A DNA stretch of 64,000 nt, taken from Thermoplasmata archaeon (GTDB taxonomy: Archaea; Thermoplasmatota; E2; DHVEG-1). Numbering within the stretch: position 1 is the stretch's first letter; the number at the start of each line of letters is the position of its first letter. The stretch lies in the NCBI GenBank assembly GCA_003942085.1, contig DQIQ01000003.1, forward strand, positions 1,408-65,407, given 5' to 3'. Below the pieces are notes generated by a model, which saw only the letters and a program-made list of their open reading frames with translations, searched no databases and was not told the DNA's origin. The position numbers and the translations under genes are program-made. Shown here one piece after another: positions 19,442 through 27,920 of the stretch.

Positions 19442-22400
19442 TCATCCATTATTTTTCTTTTTCTGTATAACTGCTTTTCCTTGTTTTCCGTCTATCTTAA
19501 CCTCAAGTCCATAAGGTGCTCTTACATGTCTCACGTCGGCCATATCTTCGACTACAGGCAGGGAATCAAGCCAATGTACATCAATATTTCCATTCCCCTC
19601 CTTTGTAATCAGATATCCGACCTGCGAGGAAATAAGATCATGGAAGAAATGTGATCCCTGCGATGGGTCAATCGCCCGTTCCTTAAAAGGTGCCTCGATA
19701 ATAACTTTCACACCGGCAATATCGCTCCAGATCACCGGGATTCCTAACCAGTGATCTGCAGAACCCCATCGTCCTGGTCCTATGAGCATATATGGTTTTT
19801 TTTCTTCCATTATTTTTGAATTCAAAGCCCGTAGCTGGCTTACCACCTGAGCTGAGTTTGACATATTAAAGGATGATTTTACGTAAACGATGTCCTGGAT
19901 TGTATCAAGAATTCCGTTTCCTAATGCGTTTTCGCTATAACAGATATCGGTTTTAGCATTGAAATCACCTATGACGATATCACTTGTTTTGCCTGGTGGA
20001 ACCATGCTACGGATCTGCAAGATAACTAATTCTGCTCTTTCGGATTCAGTTTGACCAATATTTACTGCAAATTCTATCTCAACAGGATAACCTAAGGTAA
20101 TTTCACTTATACGTAACAATAATTTCAAAGCTTTTGCCAATGGTATCGCGTCGTATTGGGTAATTGGACCAAAATCAATAACAAGCGATCCTTCATCGTA
20201 TACTCCTGGGTAGAGGCTATCGTCTTGACGAACATACGTTGATGCTATTTTGTCTAACATTCCATGTCTACGCGCATCCTCCACCTCAAGAATACTATAG
20301 GATGTTTCTTCATTTCGCTCAACGATACGATACGTAGATTTCAGGTTTAATGCATAAAATTTGCGTTGTGAATATCTCATAAAATCCTTTGGAGTTCCAT
20401 ATAAGGGGACTGCGGGTCTCTCTGGACAAAACCCAAACGTACTACCTCCATCGACAATGGCTTTGCCCAAACCAAGTGCGAGATAGACAATTCCATCTTC
20501 TTGTTTACAACCGCCTGATGGATAATAGTTATAGGATTTTGCTACTCCTGAAATCGCTGGGTAAAAAAAGGTTTCATGTTTACGTCCGACGACTTCTTGA
20601 ACAATCACCGCCATTTTTTCATCACCAATATTTTTCGGCGTTGATTTAATATATGTTCGTGCTTTTTCAAAGAATGTTGAAGCATATACGTATTTAACTG
20701 CATTGCAGACATCCTGGAACCGGAAATCAGTTTCCCAGGATTCATTTGGCAATAAAATGGAATCATAAATACCTGCAAAGGACTGTAACAACGAATCTTC
20801 GAGTACCCCTGAGGAACGTACTACTAATGGTTTTCGGGTATTGTGAATAAATGCTCGGAGATCACCCAGTACTGTCGCAGGGAGATTAGCGGACATGAAT
20901 TTTAATGCGATCCGCTCATCGGGGAGATCAAAGAGTTCTTGGTTTGGTAATGAATTTTGTGCTAAAAATGATTCAAAGATGTCGGTGGAGATTACAAGTG
21001 TGCGAGGTATTGTTATCCGAAGGGTTGGGAACATGTCATCTGAAATATATTTTGAAGCAAGTTTTGCAAGAAATGACAGCCCTCGTGCTTTTCCCCCAAG
21101 TGCCCCTTTTCCAATGCGACTAATTTCAAGAGAGGAAGCAAGATTTGCTCGTTCAAAAGGAGTCACTAATGACTGGGTTTGAGCATATTTATATTCTTCT
21201 AATAAATCGATAAGTCGCTTCCGTAACTCGGTGCTCTTTCCAATCTCTTTTTCAATTATCTGGATTTTTCCTGCAAGGTCGATTTCACCCCGAACGCGAA
21301 CCCAGGTGGAAAACAGATGCTGGTGTGTCGCATGGGTAAGGACAGCCTCATCGATTGACAGCACAGCATCCTCGAAATCCTTTATGTTTTTAATCCGGTA
21401 GAGTTCTTTTTGATTTGCATCTTTAAGGATTATTTCTCGGGGACCAAGACATTCATTGATAAAATCTTTAATAATTAACGCTAGAGTTGCGTCAATTTTT
21501 GATACAAACCGAAGATGAGGTCCCAGAGAAATATCACCACTGTATGGTTCAGATGATTGGATGAGGATTGGAATATTTGGTGTTTCTTTATGTATTATTT
21601 GGGCAAGTTTTTCGCCAGCCTTTGTAGTTTTTTTTAAACCACAGTCAAGTTGATTGTCGGTGATTACACCGATGATGATATTCTTATTCGTCTGATAGAG
21701 TTTTTCTCCAGTTTCAAAATCCTGTGCATGCAACAGGAATGGCCTATTATTGAGACGAAGGATTCGTTGCTCTTCGCTTAAGGAATCGGAGAGGATACTC
21801 TCAAGAAAGTCATGGATTTCATCATGGAGTAAAAGAAGATATGTGGAATAGTATTGAATCGAGTCTTCGATTAATACCATACATCGACCATGAGCGGCAA
21901 GTGCTGGGTCTTTTTGTATATTGACAGAATCTTCTATGAGCTGGATAATGGTAAGAATTATTTTTCCATCACCGTTCCATGTCAATATTTTACTAAAAAC
22001 ATTCTCTGTGTTTTTCTCTTCGATTTTTATGAGTTCTGCTATATTGTTCCCAAGGAGCACAATTGGAATGTCGGTTATTGATTTCATTTGTTTCGCTAAG
22101 GAGAAACTATCAATATCATCGAGTTTATCAAAAACGATAACTAGATCAAACTGTTGATTCGTTAGAAAGGAGATACATTCCTCTTTGCTTTCAACATGTG
22201 TTATTTGAGGGGGCGCTTCACGACCGAATGGCACGTAGTGTTCTTGTAATAGAGAACTCAATCTGCCTTCCTCTTCCAACTGGAAAAAATGATAAGAAGA
22301 AGAAAGAAGGAGAATTTGTTTTATATGATATGGCTCAACGTGCTGCTCTTTTTCAAGTTCCGTTTGTTTGACTATGGACGGAGTAATGCCGGTGATTTCT

Positions 22401-22450
22401 TCGATACAACGAATGATTTTTTTTTCTCTGTCGTTGAACCGGATGTTCAT
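19442..22450 (-). CDS. 1002-aa multidomain protein: two receiver-like domains + PEP/pyruvate-binding ATP-grasp (PPDK_N-type) + unassigned GPGRWGS domain
   Basis: Receiver-like segments: ILLLSSSYHFFQLEEEGRL...DLVIVFDKLDD...PIVLLG, and MVLIEDSIQYYS...IIGVITDNQL...PILIQSS. PPDK_N motifs: GKGALGGKARGLSFLA, LVVRSSGVLEDS, MAVIVQEVVG, LGLGKAIVDG, VEIEFAV...LVILQIRS. The C-terminal LIGPGRWGS...QGSHFFHDL is shared with the neighbouring paralogue. Confidence 0.8.
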   Translation of the reverse strand: MNIRFNDREKKIIRCIEEITGITPSIVKQTELEKEQHVEPYHIKQILLLSSSYHFFQLEEEGRLSSLLQEHYVPFGREAPPQITHVESKEECISFLTNQQFDLVIVFDKLDDIDSFSLAKQMKSITDIPIVLLGNNIAELIKIEEKNTENVFSKILTWNGDGKIILTIIQLIEDSVNIQKDPALAAHGRCMVLIEDSIQYYSTYLLLLHDEIHDFLESILSDSLSEEQRILRLNNRPFLLHAQDFETGEKLYQTNKNIIIGVITDNQLDCGLKKTTKAGEKLAQIIHKETPNIPILIQSSEPYSGDISLGPHLRFVSKIDATLALIIKDFINECLGPREIILKDANQKELYRIKNIKDFEDAVLSIDEAVLTHATHQHLFSTWVRVRGEIDLAGKIQIIEKEIGKSTELRKRLIDLLEEYKYAQTQSLVTPFERANLASSLEISRIGKGALGGKARGLSFLAKLASKYISDDMFPTLRITIPRTLVISTDIFESFLAQNSLPNQELFDLPDERIALKFMSANLPATVLGDLRAFIHNTRKPLVVRSSGVLEDSLLQSFAGIYDSILLPNESWETDFRFQDVCNAVKYVYASTFFEKARTYIKSTPKNIGDEKMAVIVQEVVGRKHETFFYPAISGVAKSYNYYPSGGCKQEDGIVYLALGLGKAIVDGGSTFGFCPERPAVPLYGTPKDFMRYSQRKFYALNLKSTYRIVERNEETSYSILEVEDARRHGMLDKIASTYVRQDDSLYPGVYDEGSLVIDFGPITQYDAIPLAKALKLLLRISEITLGYPVEIEFAVNIGQTESERAELVILQIRSMVPPGKTSDIVIGDFNAKTDICYSENALGNGILDTIQDIVYVKSSFNMSNSAQVVSQLRALNSKIMEEKKPYMLIGPGRWGSADHWLGIPVIWSDIAGVKVIIEAPFKERAIDPSQGSHFFHDLISSQVGYLITKEGNGNIDVHWLDSLPVVEDMADVRHVRAPYGLEVKIDGKQGKAVIQKKKNNG

Positions 22451-22459
22451 ATGATCGAA

Positions 22460-23800
22460 TTACACCCAACCACGCATTTTACATGCTTCAGCTACTCGAG
22501 AAATCGCAATCATATATGCAGCATCGCTGACACGTATTTTCTTCCGTTTTGATAGCTCCCATACTTTATAAAACGCGTCAGTCATTTTATTATCAAGCTT
22601 ACCAAGGACTTCCTCTTTTGTCCAATAGTAGTTCTGGTTACTTTGAACTTGCTCGAAATAACTACAGACAACACCGCCAGCGTTTGCAAGGAAATCAGGG
22701 ATTACGACAACACCTTTTTTCTCAAGGACATTTTCTGCCTCCGGTGTGACAGGCCCATTCGCACCACAGATAATGATTTTCACCCGTGGTTTTATTTGCT
22801 GAACATTCTCTTCAGTAATCGAATGTTCAAGAGCAGCAGGTATGAGAATATCTACATCCTGTTTCAACCAATCATCACCCGGTCGAACCTCATACCCAAG
22901 CTTCTCCGCCTGTTTTTTATCAATAGTCCCAAAACGATCTGTGATCTTTATTAGTTCATCAAGTTTAATCCCGGTTTTATTATAATAACTATACGTGCAA
23001 TTTTCTGCTTGATCCCAGCAAGACACAGAGACGACAATGCCTCCATATTGGATAAATAACTCAGCAGAATAGCGGGCGACATTTCCAAACCCTTGGATAG
23101 ATGCGGTAGTTTTTGTAACGTCCATCTTCATTTCTTTTAATAGTTCACGAAGAATATAAATAAGTCCATAACCTGTGGCCTCTGTTCTTCCACGAGATCC
23201 ACCGAGTTCCACTGGTTTTCCAGTGATTAGGCCAGGGTATTGCCCACCCATGATTGTTTGGTACTCATCCATTATCCAGAGCATGTGCTGACCACTCGTC
23301 ATCACATCAGGAGCTGGGACATCGCGGACCGGTCCAATATCTCGGGCAATTTGCCGCACCCATCCTCTACAGAGTTTCTCCTGTTCACGTTCTGAGAGAT
23401 TATGAGGATCGCAAATAATCCCACCTTTTCCTCCACCTAATGGAATATCAGCAACAGAACATTTCCAGGTCATCCACATAGATAATGCACGAACTGTATC
23501 CTCTGTTTCTTGTGGGTGGAAGCGGATTCCTCCTTTGCAGGGTCCTCGTGCATCGTTGTGTTGAACACGAAATCCTCGAAATACCTTCATGGCACCATCG
23601 TCCATTCGAATCGGGATGGAAAAAATGTACTCTCGGAGGGGATTTCTTAACAGATCTCGTGTTGGTTCATCAAGATTAAGTTGATCCGCAATCCTATCAA
23701 ATTGTTGTTGAGCCATTTTAAATGGGTTAAAGCCTTCTTTTTCTTTTTTATAAACTCCACTTGTTCCTTTTTCCTGTTTTAATTCCTGTTTAACTTGCAT
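22460..23800 (-). CDS. gdh: Glutamate dehydrogenase (Glu/Leu/Phe/Val dehydrogenase family; Pyrococcus/Thermococcus-like type)
   Basis: FRGFRVQHNDARGPCKGGIRFHP, PLGGGKGGI and GFGNVA Rossmann motifs. It ends 9 nt upstream of the next gene's start. Confidence 0.9.
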   Translation of the reverse strand: MQVKQELKQEKGTSGVYKKEKEGFNPFKMAQQQFDRIADQLNLDEPTRDLLRNPLREYIFSIPIRMDDGAMKVFRGFRVQHNDARGPCKGGIRFHPQETEDTVRALSMWMTWKCSVADIPLGGGKGGIICDPHNLSEREQEKLCRGWVRQIARDIGPVRDVPAPDVMTSGQHMLWIMDEYQTIMGGQYPGLITGKPVELGGSRGRTEATGYGLIYILRELLKEMKMDVTKTTASIQGFGNVARYSAELFIQYGGIVVSVSCWDQAENCTYSYYNKTGIKLDELIKITDRFGTIDKKQAEKLGYEVRPGDDWLKQDVDILIPAALEHSITEENVQQIKPRVKIIICGANGPVTPEAENVLEKKGVVVIPDFLANAGGVVCSYFEQVQSNQNYYWTKEEVLGKLDNKMTDAFYKVWELSKRKKIRVSDAAYMIAISRVAEACKMRGWV

Positions 23801-24078
23801 AATACATTCGCCTCTTCTTCGCCCACCATGTATTGTAATCCTATATAAATAATTTAGGAATAAGAGATAAAAAGGGAACAGATAACGTTAAACTTTGTTT
23901 GTTTTCTATTTCGTAGGATGTTTTTATATAATCAAAATGAAATACCTAATATGATATAAAGGGATGCAAAGGAAATTAACATATCAATGGAATCGCATTA
24001 AAAATATAGTAATAATAATTTATAGTCCATTTGATATAAAAATCAGTTATTGATTTTTATTGAAAGAGGAACCTTGAC

Positions 24079-24522
24079 ATGAGCGATGAAATCGATGAAA
24101 AGAAAAAAAAAGAGGAAATCAAAGATGACTCCTCGAAATCACAATCTATTCCGTTAGATATACCTTCTGCGCCACAAGGAGAAATGAATGAAAAAATATT
24201 TTATCGCGAAGTCATCAAATCGTGTTGGACTCATGAACCATGGTTATATTTCAAAGTAATCATAAAAAGTAATGAAGAGATGGGTGAATATATAGCACTC
24301 CATGGTCTTGTACCCCAGAATGAACTGCCTGTTCATCTGCGTTATAAAATACCGGAAAACGAGATATGGATACGGGAAAACGTATATGAGGATGTCGGAC
24401 GACGACGATCGATTCTAGCTCACGAATATGCGGAGCTTGATTTAATGATAAGCCAGGCAATGAGTTACAAAGAAGCGCATGAACATGCAGAGTTTATTGA
24501 ACATCTCTATTATCATGATTAG
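24079..24522 (+). CDS. Hypothetical protein (147 aa) with acidic/basic N-terminus and a duplicated AHE[YH]AE motif
   Basis: ATG-initiated ORF in a gap. It contains ILAHEYAELD and EAHEHAEFIE 18 aa apart. No family recognised. Confidence 0.5.
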   Translation: MSDEIDEKKKKEEIKDDSSKSQSIPLDIPSAPQGEMNEKIFYREVIKSCWTHEPWLYFKVIIKSNEEMGEYIALHGLVPQNELPVHLRYKIPENEIWIRENVYEDVGRRRSILAHEYAELDLMISQAMSYKEAHEHAEFIEHLYYHD

Positions 24523-24607
24523 AATTACGTTTTTTCACCTTCTGTTCGGATAATGTACGGAAAAATAAAGAAAACGGTTTATTTATAGAAACACAGCGAA
24601 TCCTTTT

Positions 24608-25132
24608 TTATTTTTTTCTTGGTTTTTTCTTTTTGTAAGATTTCTTTTTTTGAATAAGCCACATCCCTTCTGGAGTAAACCCACAGGATTTATAGAAATG
24701 AAACGCTGGGTTTTTAAATGCGACCCCAACCCCAACAAATTCGACGCCTTCTGCGTACAACTGATCCAGAATTGCTTCAAGTAAATCATTTCCAATGCCA
24801 CTGGTCCGATAATCAGGGTGCACGCAAACCTCATCGATGAATCCAATCCGCTCTATCCTATAGACACGTGATTCATCACGTTCACCTACATGTCCTGTGA
24901 TTATCCCAATAACCTTCTTTTTATCTTCTGCAACAAAAAAAAACTGATCCGGATCAGTTATTAACTCTCGTTGGCGATTGATGATATATTCTTGACATTT
25001 CTCCTTAGGTTTCAGGCTATCAAGGATACCACTATAATGAGTATGTTCCAAGGATGATATCCAGTACAATTCGAAGAACGCTTCTAGATCTTCTTCGGTT
25101 CCCTTTCGTATCACTATCGATTTTTTCTTCAT
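24608..25132 (-). CDS. GNAT-family N-acetyltransferase
   Basis: Motif A region VCVHPDYRTSGIGNDLLEAI, size 174 aa, Lys-rich C-terminal tail. Confidence 0.8.
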   Translation of the reverse strand: MKKKSIVIRKGTEEDLEAFFELYWISSLEHTHYSGILDSLKPKEKCQEYIINRQRELITDPDQFFFVAEDKKKVIGIITGHVGERDESRVYRIERIGFIDEVCVHPDYRTSGIGNDLLEAILDQLYAEGVEFVGVGVAFKNPAFHFYKSCGFTPEGMWLIQKKKSYKKKKPRKK

Positions 25133-25210
25133 TCCTTATCATTCGTCCATTTATCCCTAATTACTCATTAAATGAATTAGCGGTGAATTTTTTTTCGAAA
25201 TTTTGAGGAA

Positions 25211-25243
25211 ATGAAAAAAAAAAAAGAAAAAAAGGAGTCCTTT
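25211..25243 (-). terminator. Oligo-T terminator downstream of gdhA
   Basis: On the minus strand, immediately after the gdhA stop: AAAAAGGACTCCTTTTTTTCTTTTTTTTTTTTCAT. This is a short AAAGG/CCTTT hairpin followed by T7 and T12 runs. Oligo-T tracts are the known archaeal termination signal. Confidence 0.45.
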
Positions 25244-26614
<1,371 letters not shown>

Positions 26615-26715
26615 TCATTATTTCCTTTTAATACTTTGCCTGCATTCCTTCAATGAAAAATTAAAAAAATTACTTCATGACAGAAGAATTTTTAATAAAA
26701 ATAGATTTGGGTCTT

Positions 26716-27816
26716 TTATCCAAATATTTTTTTTGTTTTAAGTCCGTGTCCTGTAAGTGGTACGACTACAAGATCATTTTTTCTTGTAAATGACTTTTTA
26801 AAACCTGCGATGGCAGCCGCTGACGTTGGTTCGACATAGAATCCTTTTCGTCGTGTGTAATCTAGTGCATCGAGGATCTCTTTTTCTGTAACGCTGATAA
26901 TGTCACCGTTTGTTTCTTTTACCGCATGTAGAATTTCTTTTGCCCGGGTTGGGTTTGCAATAGCGATGCCTTCAGCGATAGTTTCTTTCATCGCTTGAAA
27001 GAGAGGAATTTTCCTTTGTTTTTTCCATGCATTTTCTAATGGTGCGCAGTTCTCTGCTTGTACCCCGATGATCCTGGGAAGTCTGTCAATGATGTTTTCT
27101 TGTTGCAATTCCTTCAAACCGATGTACGATCCAATAAGTAGTGTTCCGTTGCCAACCGGGATAAATAGGATATCTGGTATGTTCCATCCGAGTTGCTCTA
27201 CCACTTCGAAGATATATGTTTTTGTCCCGTGAAAGAAATAAGGATTCCAGTAGTGACTTGCATAATATGTTGTTTGTGCTTCCTGCAATGCTATATTTGC
27301 AGTCTCCTCTCGAGAACCCGGAATCTTATACAGGTGTGCTCCGTACTGTTTGATCTGCATGAGTTTTTCTGGTGTAGTTTTTTCAGGTACGTAGATATGA
27401 CAGTGGATGTTTGCTTTTGCACAGTAGGCTGCAATTGCAGCACCAGCATTTCCTGATGAATCTTCGACGACTTTTTTGATTCCTAGCTCATGTATCTTGC
27501 TTACCAGGACTGAAGCTCCGCGGTCTTTATATGATCCACTTGGGAAAAGATGGTCTTGTTTCAATAATACTTTTTTTCCCCAAAATATATCTTCGACAAG
27601 AGGAGTAAAACCTTCATCAAAAGAGATAATATGTTGGTCGTGAGTAATGGGGAGCGCCTCGCGATATCTCCACAGCGTGGGTTTTCTCTTTTTTATTTTA
27701 TCTAACGGAAAACGAGCCTGAAAATCAAGTGTTAATAGTCCACCACAGATACATCTCCAAACCGGTTCTGATGATTTGTATTCTTCGCCACATGATTGAC
27801 AAATGAGTTTCATCAT
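26716..27816 (-). CDS. Threonine-synthase-family PLP enzyme with N-terminal Zn-ribbon
   Basis: N-terminal CQSCGEEY...WRCICGG, PLP-lysine region FPSGSYKDRGASV, and SSGNAGAAIA. At 366 aa it is short for ThrC, so substrate assignment is uncertain. Confidence 0.7.
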   Translation of the reverse strand: MMKLICQSCGEEYKSSEPVWRCICGGLLTLDFQARFPLDKIKKRKPTLWRYREALPITHDQHIISFDEGFTPLVEDIFWGKKVLLKQDHLFPSGSYKDRGASVLVSKIHELGIKKVVEDSSGNAGAAIAAYCAKANIHCHIYVPEKTTPEKLMQIKQYGAHLYKIPGSREETANIALQEAQTTYYASHYWNPYFFHGTKTYIFEVVEQLGWNIPDILFIPVGNGTLLIGSYIGLKELQQENIIDRLPRIIGVQAENCAPLENAWKKQRKIPLFQAMKETIAEGIAIANPTRAKEILHAVKETNGDIISVTEKEILDALDYTRRKGFYVEPTSAAAIAGFKKSFTRKNDLVVVPLTGHGLKTKKIFG

Positions 27817-27920
27817 CGTACATAGAATGATTTATTGCGGTATATGTAAATGTTTTGCTTTGTATGATATTATATGAATGTACTCTTGAATATGAAAGCG
27901 TTTGAAATAATCTGAGGTGT

